A stretch of DNA of 64,000 bases. Source: Candidatus Omnitrophota bacterium (GTDB lineage: Bacteria > Omnitrophota > Gorgyraeia > Zapsychrales > Zapsychraceae). Position numbers and translations under genes: made by a program. Of this stretch, positions 30,893 to 39,576 are shown in pieces. Below the pieces are notes generated by a model. It made no database searches and was not told the origin of the DNA. It saw only the letters and a list, made by a program, of their open reading frames with translations. Each line of letters starts with the position of its first letter. Position 1 is the first letter of the stretch. The stretch lies in the NCBI GenBank assembly GCA_050250375.1, contig JBFWOS010000001.1:91346-155345 (forward strand). Reading direction: 5' to 3'.

Positions 30893-31393
30893 CTATTTTG
30901 TTAAACTGGTTATTAATTTTTTCTCATGCGGATACCGCTCGGTCAGCTCATCCCGCCGGGCCGTCTTATAATCGTTAAAGTCAAACCCGGGGGCAACCGT
31001 GCATCCCATCAAGGCATATTTCCCGCCCCGCTTCAGGCGGCATCCCTGCCAGACCATCCGGGGGACCATTAATTGTACTTCGTGCCCGTTGAGGATATCG
31101 TGACCTAAAATATACCTCTGGGTCGATCCATCTTCGAATAAATGCAGCATCTCCACCGGGTCACCCAAATAAAAATGAAACGTTTCATCCGTTGGCAAAC
31201 GATGAATCGCGGAAAACGTCTTTGGAGTCAGTAAATAAAAAATGGTAGTTGAAAAATTCCTGGTCCCCTCGTAACGGGCCGGCAGGCCGACAACCGGGAT
31301 CATTTCTTCACTGCGGTAGGTTTCTAAATAATATCCGCCTTCCACCGGATGCGGCCTTAACCCCAACTGTTTGATAATTTGTTTTGCGTTCAT
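30893..31393 (-). CDS. Cupin-fold protein, DUF985-like
   Basis: LGLRPHPVEGGYYLETYRS matches the DUF985 cupin N-terminal signature. Confidence 0.65.
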   Translation of the reverse strand: MNAKQIIKQLGLRPHPVEGGYYLETYRSEEMIPVVGLPARYEGTRNFSTTIFYLLTPKTFSAIHRLPTDETFHFYLGDPVEMLHLFEDGSTQRYILGHDILNGHEVQLMVPRMVWQGCRLKRGGKYALMGCTVAPGFDFNDYKTARRDELTERYPHEKKLITSLTK

Positions 31394-31429
31394 GCGTTCC
31401 TCCCGTCAAATCAATCTTCATTTTTTATA

Positions 31430-33547
31430 TTAAGGGATGTACTGTTCCAAGGCCGGTTTCCACCGGCGATATCCCTCACGGTTCAGGTGAAGTCCGTCTG
31501 TAGTCCAGGCCGGATTAAGCTGGCCGTTCTGTTCATACGTCGGATACACATCAATATAAACGGCATGGTGTCGTTCAGCGGTTATTTTAAGATTCTGGTT
31601 AAATAAACGGATATCCGCATTGCTGATGGTGCGTTTATAAAATTTCATAAACTTTCCGTCATGCGTCGGCAGAAGACTATGAACATACAGTTCGGTATCC
31701 GGCAGCTGTTCCCGGATTTTACTGATTGTAAGGTCATATTGCGACAACATTTGATCCGCCGTCCCGGCGGACGGTTGGTCATTGATACCGACCATTAAAA
31801 AAATCTTTTCCGGATTTAATTTCGCGACCTCATCAAGGCGCCTGTAAACACCCGCTATTTTTTCACCGACAATTCCCAGGTTCAGAATCGCATCGTTATC
31901 CAAAAAACTGGCCCAGTCATTCAGGGCAAAAAAACTGTCCCCGATAAATACAATCGGCCTGCCGCTACGCGTTCTAAATCGTTTTTGTCCGGTCATATCA
32001 AACAGAAACGCCGCCGAATCTTTCAAGACAACCCCCTGCCGTCGTTCTCCGAAACGATTAAAATAATCCATGGTCAGTTTCACAGAAGGCCATTGCGGGT
32101 TAGAAAAAATCAGCCATACCCGGCCATGTTTTAAAAAGTTGTTAAGCGATGATTCCGTCACGGCAAGGGAGGATTGCACCCGGTTCTCACGGTACGCCCC
32201 GGACGCATCATAATTAAGCACCATTTGACTGATCGGTAGTTTTCGGCCTTGGTCGGACGGGATGATTGAATCCGATATTCCCCATAATGAAAAATGCCTG
32301 TTGTCCGGATTAAGCTCTCGCCTGTTCACATAATACACAAACGGATAAAACGCGTTCATGTTTAGGCAAACACCGTCGCCCGGTTTGTAATTCTTTTTAA
32401 AATATTCCATAACCTGCCTGTTCTGCTGCTGTTCCCTTCCGGAGAGAACCGCTTCTAAGGCTACCGTTATCGGCTGGGAAAGTAACATAAAACCGGCTAC
32501 CAGACTTACGACAAGTCCTGTTTTTCCGAATCGTTCGCCCAACCATCCCAGACCGGCCGCAACAAATATATAAATCATCGGACATAAAAATAAAATCTCC
32601 CGTCCGAAAACAGGGTACAGTTTAAAACAACCCATAATAAACACGATCAGAAACGGAATGATGATCAGGCTGAACCGTTCCATATTTTTGCGGGCCACGG
32701 CCTGAAGGCCGGTTAAGAAAGTAATGGATGCCACCAGGGGAAACTGGAAACCAGCCGGAAATTCAAACATCAGCTGTGAAATTTGAATCACCCAATCAAG
32801 CATGGCGGTAGACCAAAACGGGGCATTGCTAAACTTCCCCTTAATCGCCGACCAAACATAGTGGCTTTGGACCAAATGACTAAACGCCACGAGATAAAGG
32901 ACAATAAAACTGACCATCCAGACACTAATAACCCCGATGAAGGACGGTATCCTTTTGTAATATTTAAACGAAATAATCTGGTCAGCCAGGCAGAGTCCAA
33001 CAGAGACTAACACAAACAAGCTGATATTGGAAAACCAGATGACCGTCGCGCCTAAAACACTCAGCGTCAGCATACTTTTAGGATTGAACTCCAGCCGCCG
33101 GGCGTGTTCGAAATACAGCAGCAGAACCAAACACATCAATACATCGCTGGAATAGGGTTTAACCTCAGCTGCAAAATAAACCAACGCGTCAGAACAGGCG
33201 AACAGACCCAACGCGAGCAGTGCCGTCCTGGGCTTTAAATATAATTTGGCAAACTGAAGGAACAAAAACAATGAAATGACAGAGCAAATCAGCGGATACA
33301 ACCTGAGGGCATACTCGGACGGGCCGAATAAACCGACGACTAATTTTTCCACCAGATAAAATCCCAACGCGTCCAGCGATTGATCCGGAACAACTTGAAC
33401 GTAATAAAATATTTCCTTAAAGGACCGGCTCAGGATGCTAACGGCATATTTTGCCTCTTCTCCCCAGAGGGAGCGGTTTTCAAGAAAGTGCCAAAACCTC
33501 AATCCCAACCCAACGGCAATAATTAACCAATAATATACGTTACGCAT
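31430..33547 (-). CDS. Fusion of a GT39/ArnT-like polytopic membrane glycosyltransferase with a C-terminal SGNH/GDSL hydrolase domain
   Basis: N-terminal ~480 aa with about 13 TM segments, in a PMT/ArnT-like arrangement. C-terminal IVFIGDSFF (block I GDS), GINDQ (block III) and DGLHLNREGY (block V DxxH). Confidence 0.7.
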   Translation of the reverse strand: MRNVYYWLIIAVGLGLRFWHFLENRSLWGEEAKYAVSILSRSFKEIFYYVQVVPDQSLDALGFYLVEKLVVGLFGPSEYALRLYPLICSVISLFLFLQFAKLYLKPRTALLALGLFACSDALVYFAAEVKPYSSDVLMCLVLLLYFEHARRLEFNPKSMLTLSVLGATVIWFSNISLFVLVSVGLCLADQIISFKYYKRIPSFIGVISVWMVSFIVLYLVAFSHLVQSHYVWSAIKGKFSNAPFWSTAMLDWVIQISQLMFEFPAGFQFPLVASITFLTGLQAVARKNMERFSLIIIPFLIVFIMGCFKLYPVFGREILFLCPMIYIFVAAGLGWLGERFGKTGLVVSLVAGFMLLSQPITVALEAVLSGREQQQNRQVMEYFKKNYKPGDGVCLNMNAFYPFVYYVNRRELNPDNRHFSLWGISDSIIPSDQGRKLPISQMVLNYDASGAYRENRVQSSLAVTESSLNNFLKHGRVWLIFSNPQWPSVKLTMDYFNRFGERRQGVVLKDSAAFLFDMTGQKRFRTRSGRPIVFIGDSFFALNDWASFLDNDAILNLGIVGEKIAGVYRRLDEVAKLNPEKIFLMVGINDQPSAGTADQMLSQYDLTISKIREQLPDTELYVHSLLPTHDGKFMKFYKRTISNADIRLFNQNLKITAERHHAVYIDVYPTYEQNGQLNPAWTTDGLHLNREGYRRWKPALEQYIP

Positions 33548-33581
33548 GGCGGGTGAAAATCACCTTAATCAACTGGTTAAA

Positions 33582-34583
33582 CTAGTCGACCAACTCACGG
33601 TCCAGGTTCAGAATGGCTTCCTTAAGCCCGTAAACAACTTTGGTCATATTGTCAAAATTTAAAGTTTCGGCTTTATCGGATTGGCGATGATAATGGCGGT
33701 TACGCAAAAACGCCGTGTCCGTGACCATAACAGCCGGATAACCCATTTTCCAGAACGACCAGTGGTCGGAATAATAAATCCCTGGAACAAATTCGGGAGA
33801 GATAACCTTCTCGATGGGAAAATCACTTTTTTGTCTAAACCCACGGTAAAGAAAATTAGCGATGTGCCGGGATCGAAGGTTGCCTACGATACTGATAAAA
33901 TTCGCCTGGTTAGGATAAAATGGCCCTAAAAACGGCAGATAGCGCTGGGAGAATAAATCCTGGGAATAATACCCGATCATTTCCAAAATAACAGATCCCT
34001 TGATCCGTTCCTCCTTTGCCTTGGCCTGGCGGGTATAAACATAACTCCCCATATTAACGGTATGGAAAAAAGGCGGCTCTTCATTGACGAAGGCAATAAA
34101 CTTTACGGTATGATTTAAGCGGCTGTTCTTAAATTGTCTGGCGAGTTCCAGCAGACCGGCTACCCCGCTGGCATTATCATCCGCTCCCGGATTATAACAG
34201 GAATCGTAGTGAGCCCCTATAATTATGATTTCACCGGGATAGGTAACCCCCTGTTTAACGGCAATCAAATTTTTGTAAACCTTGCCGTCGATTTTATAGG
34301 ACATGACCTGCACAGGATACCCCAGTTCCGCAAATGACTGATAAATAAACGAACTGGCGTCTTCGAGGTTATCATAGTTGGCATGATTACGGACGCCTAT
34401 TTCCTCGGCAAGGATGTTCACAAAGTTTCGCAGCCGAATGGAAACAGCCTCCTCATCCCTGGTCATTTTAATCTGTTTTCTGTCCGAAGGTCTCCAGCCG
34501 AAGGTTGTCAGATAGATGAATCCAGGGATAACAAAAACCAGCCAGACGAGCATTATGAAAAACTTTTTATAGGGATAACCCAT
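33582..34583 (-). CDS. M28-family zinc aminopeptidase with an N-terminal membrane anchor
   Basis: GAHYDSCYNPGADDNASGVAGLLELA. The HxD...D...E(E)...H ligand pattern of M28. Confidence 0.8.
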   Translation of the reverse strand: MGYPYKKFFIMLVWLVFVIPGFIYLTTFGWRPSDRKQIKMTRDEEAVSIRLRNFVNILAEEIGVRNHANYDNLEDASSFIYQSFAELGYPVQVMSYKIDGKVYKNLIAVKQGVTYPGEIIIIGAHYDSCYNPGADDNASGVAGLLELARQFKNSRLNHTVKFIAFVNEEPPFFHTVNMGSYVYTRQAKAKEERIKGSVILEMIGYYSQDLFSQRYLPFLGPFYPNQANFISIVGNLRSRHIANFLYRGFRQKSDFPIEKVISPEFVPGIYYSDHWSFWKMGYPAVMVTDTAFLRNRHYHRQSDKAETLNFDNMTKVVYGLKEAILNLDRELVD

Positions 34584-34635
34584 ACGTTAGAAAAATCATC
34601 CGGCCTGCATCTTCAAAGCCGGGATTTAGTGTATT

Positions 34636-35046
34636 TTATAATTTTTGTGAATCAGGAATATCCTTACGGACAAACCCCATATGCAGGGTAAAATGTTCTT
34701 TATCATTCCACGGCCAGAACATGGCGATGGCAATCAGGTCCTGGTCAAGCGCGTTGACGAATAATGTCTGAAACTCATTGATCCCTCCGTATGAGTGCGT
34801 CAATCTCATATCATCTTCAGACGGTTTCTGACCGGACATCTTCTTAATACCGCCGTAATCCGTTTCAAAAATGCTTTGCCATTCCTGGAGCTCAGACTGA
34901 TAAACCACCAATTCGATCTTTTCAAACGTAAAACTGCGTTTATCGTGAACCGCCAGTCCTTTTTTCTTGGATTTCTGCATGGTATTGACCATCCATGCCT
35001 CCATTTTTATTTTCTGTTCCTTGCTATATTCCTGAAACTCCACCAT
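34636..35046 (-). CDS. Hypothetical protein (136 aa)
   Basis: ORF only. No motif recognised. Confidence 0.4.
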   Translation of the reverse strand: MVEFQEYSKEQKIKMEAWMVNTMQKSKKKGLAVHDKRSFTFEKIELVVYQSELQEWQSIFETDYGGIKKMSGQKPSEDDMRLTHSYGGINEFQTLFVNALDQDLIAIAMFWPWNDKEHFTLHMGFVRKDIPDSQKL

Positions 35047-35094
35047 ACAAACTCCTTTGCTTCGCTAATTTATATGTTATCCTGAAACATCATT

Positions 35095-35337
35095 CTATTT
35101 TTCTCCCGTGAAACGAAACCGCGGGATCACTTTTCCATCCACCTGAACACTCTCAATAAACATGGCTAACGGCCTGACCCATAAGTTATGATCGTCAGAA
35201 TTTTTCTTATTTAATGCCTTGTAAACCACCATCCACTCTTCCGTCTCACTGTGTCTGGCCAAATTAACCACTTCATATTTGTTCCCTTTATAGTGTTGAT
35301 AAATACCGTTCTTTAATCGAGGATATTGTTGGTCCAT
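35095..35337 (-). CDS. DUF1653-family small protein
   Basis: YQHYKGNKYEVVNLARHSETEEWMVVY...WVRPLAMF matches the DUF1653 pattern. Confidence 0.6.
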   Translation of the reverse strand: MDQQYPRLKNGIYQHYKGNKYEVVNLARHSETEEWMVVYKALNKKNSDDHNLWVRPLAMFIESVQVDGKVIPRFRFTGEK

Positions 35338-35703
35338 TTATGAAATCACCTGTTCAATGGTATTAATCAACGTAAGAAAATCCTCCCGCATGGGGCAAAA
35401 ACACTCAATAAAATGTTCCTGCGCTTTTATCATTTCTTGCGGGGAAACCTGGTCGGCTAAAAGAATGATCCGTAATTGCGGACAGTTCATTCTGATCTTT
35501 TTTAATTTTCCATAAAGGGCTGTATCCGGGTATTCCTTATCAACTAAAAAAATATCCACGGGGTTAGTTTTTAAAACAACCCCGGCCTCATCCAAAGTAT
35601 GCACCTTCCTGCAAAAATAGCCAAAATTCGCCGCTTCCAGAACATCGATCAGCACTTGAGTTTCTTCGCAAATTTTTGATAAGAGCAGAATGGATTTATT
35701 CAT
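35338..35703 (-). CDS. Stand-alone atypical receiver-like domain (about 121 aa from MNKSILLL). The listed longer ORF would overlap the upstream gene by 100 nt.
   Basis: Receiver-like alpha/beta pattern ILLLSK...VDIFLVDKEYPD...KKIR...IILLAD. Phospho-Asp position is present but the N-terminal acidic pair is missing. Confidence 0.45.
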   Translation of the reverse strand: MNKSILLLSKICEETQVLIDVLEAANFGYFCRKVHTLDEAGVVLKTNPVDIFLVDKEYPDTALYGKLKKIRMNCPQLRIILLADQVSPQEMIKAQEHFIECFCPMREDFLTLINTIEQVIS

Positions 35704-35704
35704 T

Positions 35705-36814
35705 TTATTCAGCAATAAAATCAGGGTCGCCCACATGTTGTCCGATGTCAGACCCCATTTGGTCAGAAGAAATACTTGGATCATTGAAATACTGATAATG
35801 CTCAACGATCAACCCAATATCCGGACGCCCGCTTTTTATAGATTTAATCGTCCGATCATTCAATTCTTCCATCATTTCAATATTCTCGATTAATCCAAAA
35901 TCAACATGCTTTATGCCAACGACTCTTCCAGATAGATCAACCCCAACAATGGACATAAATGTCTCCCCGGTGTCCTTAGTTAATCCATAGTGTCTGGATA
36001 ATAAAAGATTGTTGAGCGCTTTACTTGACCGGCAATACCGGACGTCATTCGGTGAAACCGTCATATGCAGCGTCCGCACTCCAATCCTGTCTGCTATTTT
36101 CTCTGCGAGTCCCGATGGTTCCTTAATAGGATGAATGTGCGCTGAGGCGATTTCGTAAAACCCCTGCATTTCCGTAAAACAATTTTCCAAAAGTACCGGA
36201 ACAATGAACCCGGGCATAAAGAAAAACGTATCGGAACAACCCACGGCACCGTTTTGGTTGATTTTATAGGGAAATACTTTCATGGTTATCGATCGGCGAT
36301 TATGTTGAAGCTTCTTCACGAAAGCTTCCTGACACTGATTAATTCTTTTCACCCACTGTCGCTCATCCATGTTTGGACCGAATCCCATTAAAGACAATCT
36401 GGCCTGGTCATCCGGGCCGATAAATTCCCAAATATCCTTATTAAAATATGTATCTTTATGCGCCACGACCAATGAAATATCCCGTCGATGATCTTCCATT
36501 TCTTCGAAAACACTTGATAATTGAAAATATAAATGCTTCCGCCAGACATCCGTCAGCATCGTAACCCGGGGATAAAAACGCTCGGAATGCTGTCCCAATT
36601 TAAAATCCGGCTGCGCGATGGAAAAGATGGTTTCAGGAAAGACAAGATGTGTCAACCTGTTTCTCACCTCGTTTCTAGGGCGGATCATGACCGCGCCAAA
36701 TTCACAAAACATGGACCGCATCTGTCCGTTGGCATGAATCCGCGGAAAACGGTCGAGTTCTTGCTGAAACAGACGTTTAATATCAGAATCATTCTTAAAC
36801 CGGTGAAGTTTCAC
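35705..36814 (-). CDS. Hypothetical cytoplasmic protein (369 aa)
   Basis: Long ORF with ordinary composition. No recognisable motif. Confidence 0.5.
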   Translation of the reverse strand: MKLHRFKNDSDIKRLFQQELDRFPRIHANGQMRSMFCEFGAVMIRPRNEVRNRLTHLVFPETIFSIAQPDFKLGQHSERFYPRVTMLTDVWRKHLYFQLSSVFEEMEDHRRDISLVVAHKDTYFNKDIWEFIGPDDQARLSLMGFGPNMDERQWVKRINQCQEAFVKKLQHNRRSITMKVFPYKINQNGAVGCSDTFFFMPGFIVPVLLENCFTEMQGFYEIASAHIHPIKEPSGLAEKIADRIGVRTLHMTVSPNDVRYCRSSKALNNLLLSRHYGLTKDTGETFMSIVGVDLSGRVVGIKHVDFGLIENIEMMEELNDRTIKSIKSGRPDIGLIVEHYQYFNDPSISSDQMGSDIGQHVGDPDFIAE

Positions 36815-36844
36815 ACTTACTCTTGCCTTTACTCGATAAAATGT

Positions 36845-37189
36845 CTATTGTGCGGGAGGTTGTTTAGTATAATCGATGGGATGTCCGTATTTTTTATAAT
36901 TTATTCCGACTGTATCCATATCTGTCATCAGTGGACCATGAAATCCAAACGGGGTTACTTCAAAAAAGGCATCCACCAGGTCTTTTTCAATAACGAGAGT
37001 TCGGTTACTTTTCTTAGCCATATCTTTCGCTTTCTTGGCAACGGGGATTTCAACCATCGGCCGTGCAAAAAACGGCATCTTGTTCAACATTTTCTCAAAC
37101 TTGACCATGGTCGCCTCTTCCCATTCGATCTTAGCGTTTTGTTCGTCTTTATTTTCCATATCCTTCCTTTCGGTCGTATTTACAGGCAA
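36845..37189 (-). CDS. Small protein with a PCP_red-like domain (similar to the C-terminal domain of protochlorophyllide reductase BchB)
   Basis: IEWEEATMVKFEKMLNKMPFFARPMVEIPVAKKAKDMA fits the W-EA...IP-F-R...E-A pattern of Pfam PCP_red. Confidence 0.45.
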   Translation of the reverse strand: MPVNTTERKDMENKDEQNAKIEWEEATMVKFEKMLNKMPFFARPMVEIPVAKKAKDMAKKSNRTLVIEKDLVDAFFEVTPFGFHGPLMTDMDTVGINYKKYGHPIDYTKQPPAQ

Positions 37190-37302
37190 TACTTCTTTAT
37201 TGTAGCGAAATTAGAATTGATATCAACCTCTTTTAAATCTGATGCCGTTTGTTAATGCATCTTCATTTTAATGCCGCATTTTTATTTTTTGTCGGAAAAA
37301 GA

Positions 37303-37332
37303 CTGGCAATATTTAAGGACAATGAGTATAAT
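37303..37332 (+). promoter_or_regulatory. Candidate sigma70-type promoter upstream of the first TadZ-TadA fusion gene
   Basis: CTGGCA (4/6 match to TTGACA), 18-nt spacer, then a perfect TATAAT at 37327..37332, about 58 nt upstream of the ATG. Confidence 0.25.
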
Positions 37333-37389
37333 CGTATTTACATTTAACTTGTTTAGACCCTTGTAACAGAAAGTTGTCACCCTTTCATT

Positions 37390-39558
37390 ATGGAATCCAG
37401 AGTAATCCCCATATTCAGCAATAAAGGCGGTGTCGGAAAAACGTTTGTCGCGGTTAACTTAGCGGCTACCCTCGCCCTGTTGAAACGCAAAGTTTTATTG
37501 CTCAATCTCGATCTCCAGGCCGGACATGATATGGCCATTAATTTGAATGTGACCCCGGAACAATCATTGGCCCATCTCATTCCCGAGATGAAAAAAACTG
37601 AACAGTTCAGTCTTGAAACAATCAAAAAATTCCTGGTTCCGCATTCATCCGGATTTGATTTCTTAACGGCCATCACCGACCCACAGCAAATCAACTCAAT
37701 CCATCCGGCCGATGTTAAAATATTCCTGAATAAAGTCAACGTCCATTACGATTTTATCATTGTCGATTTAGGCGTTTCGTTCAATGAGTTGGTAATCACT
37801 GTCCTCGATAATTCTGATGCGATCCTGCTCTTGGCCACACCGGATGTTCTGGCCGTCTATCAATTGGCCTGGTGTATTAAAACCCTGCAGGAAATGCATT
37901 TTTCACTGAAAACAGTAAAGCTGGTCCTCAACCGGGCAGAAAGCCAGGGCGGCGTCGGCTGGAAAGAAGTCCGGGCGGCCCTGGATATTGACATTATCGG
38001 ACGGATCCCCTCCGATGGGAAGGCCGTTGGAAAGGCCCTTGAATTGGGAATCCCGGCCGTTGAAGAAAATCCTCGGGGAACAATCGCGGACGGCTTTAAA
38101 AAATTAGCGGCTGAACTTTTCAAAAAAGATATTTATTTACCGAAGTCCGAGGCCAAACAGCGAAACATGCAGTCGGAAAAAATTGAAACCCTGGCCGCCC
38201 AGGACGCGATTGTTGAATTTAAGGAAGGTGAAACCAAAGAACCGCCCAAACAAGATGACATTTTCAAAAACGCCGACTATACCAAAATTAAAATTAGTAT
38301 TCAGAAAAAACTGATTGACCGTCTTGAGATGAATTCCCTGACACCCGAACATTTCACCGACCCTAAAAAAGCCCAAGAACTAAGAGAATCCGCCAAACAA
38401 TTGATCAATACTATCCTGTTGGAAGAAGGCGGGAAATATGCCTCCTCCCTGGAAATTCGTACCCGGACCGTAAATGAAATCGTTAAAGAAACGTTTGGGC
38501 TGGGGATCCTCGAGGAAATCATGGAAGACGTCAACGTCGAAGAAGTCATGGTCAACGGCAGCCAGGAAATATATATCGAGAAAAAAGGTGAAATCACCTT
38601 AACCGAACATAAGTTCATTTCTGACCAGCATCTCAGGGCTATTATTAACAGGATCATCGCGCCTCTCGGCCGGCGTCTGGACGAATCTTCTCCGATGGTC
38701 GACGCCCGACTTCAGGACGGTTCCCGGTTCAATGCGATTATTCCACCGGTCTCCTTATCCGGCCCATGTGTAACCATCCGGAAATTTGCCGCTGAAAAAC
38801 TGACGGTCGATCATATTGTCTATAAATTTAATACCCTGTCCGAACAGATGAACAATTTTCTGCATGCGTGTGTCCTGGGCCGGATGAATATCATTATCGC
38901 CGGAGGTACCGGTTCCGGAAAAACAACTCTTTTAAACGTCCTGTCTGAATTTATCCCGGACGATGAACGCATCATCACCATAGAAGACGCGGCCGAGTTA
39001 AGTCTGCAAAAAGAACATTGGTGCCGGCTGGAAGCGCGCCCGGCCAACGTCGAAGGCGTCGGTGAAATCTCCGTTCGCGATCTGTTCGTTAATACCTTGC
39101 GTATGCGGCCTGACCGTATTGTCATCGGTGAATGCCGGGGGCCGGAAGTATTGGATATGCTCCAGGCCATGAACACCGGCCATGACGGCTCTATGACCAG
39201 CCTTCACGCTAACTCGGCCCGGGATGTCCTCATCCGCATGAGTTCCATGATCCTTTTAAGCGGGATCGAACTGCCCATGCGGGCCATTAATGAAATGATT
39301 TCTTCGGCGATCAATATCATCGTCCACATGGCGCGTTATACGGATGGTTCGCGCAAAGTCACAGGGATCTCGGAAATCGTCGGCCTTGATAATGACAGTG
39401 AACTGGATCTTAAAGAAATCTTTTTTTTCAATCAAACCGGCCGCGATGAGTCGGGCGTCATCCACGGCCAGTTTCAGAATTCGAATTATATCCCCAAATG
39501 TGCCGATGAACTGATTAAAAAAGGGGTCAAAATCGATTTGTCCATGTTTAAATCTTAG
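37390..39558 (+). CDS. Fusion ATPase: N-terminal ParA/MinD-like (TadZ/CpaE-type) domain plus C-terminal CpaF/TadA VirB11-family secretion ATPase. Paralog 1.
   Basis: Deviant Walker A SNKGGVGKT at residues 9-17. C-terminal T2SS_E domain with GGTGSGKTTLLN, ITIEDAAEL and GHDGSMTSLHANS. Confidence 0.85.
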   Translation: MESRVIPIFSNKGGVGKTFVAVNLAATLALLKRKVLLLNLDLQAGHDMAINLNVTPEQSLAHLIPEMKKTEQFSLETIKKFLVPHSSGFDFLTAITDPQQINSIHPADVKIFLNKVNVHYDFIIVDLGVSFNELVITVLDNSDAILLLATPDVLAVYQLAWCIKTLQEMHFSLKTVKLVLNRAESQGGVGWKEVRAALDIDIIGRIPSDGKAVGKALELGIPAVEENPRGTIADGFKKLAAELFKKDIYLPKSEAKQRNMQSEKIETLAAQDAIVEFKEGETKEPPKQDDIFKNADYTKIKISIQKKLIDRLEMNSLTPEHFTDPKKAQELRESAKQLINTILLEEGGKYASSLEIRTRTVNEIVKETFGLGILEEIMEDVNVEEVMVNGSQEIYIEKKGEITLTEHKFISDQHLRAIINRIIAPLGRRLDESSPMVDARLQDGSRFNAIIPPVSLSGPCVTIRKFAAEKLTVDHIVYKFNTLSEQMNNFLHACVLGRMNIIIAGGTGSGKTTLLNVLSEFIPDDERIITIEDAAELSLQKEHWCRLEARPANVEGVGEISVRDLFVNTLRMRPDRIVIGECRGPEVLDMLQAMNTGHDGSMTSLHANSARDVLIRMSSMILLSGIELPMRAINEMISSAINIIVHMARYTDGSRKVTGISEIVGLDNDSELDLKEIFFFNQTGRDESGVIHGQFQNSNYIPKCADELIKKGVKIDLSMFKS

Positions 39559-39576
39559 ACCAAAAAAAGAATTCTT

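Noticed and set aside
35705-35805. Longer start of the receiver-like ORF (listed 35338..35805)
   Set aside because: It would overlap the upstream gene by 101 nt in a different frame. The internal Met at 35703 gives a 1-nt gap and a complete receiver-sized protein.
37300-37325. Possible sigma54 promoter (TGGCA...) upstream of the TadZ-TadA fusion genes
   Set aside because: The -12 GC element (TTGC) is absent at the required spacing. A sigma70-like reading (perfect TATAAT) fits better and is reported with low confidence instead.
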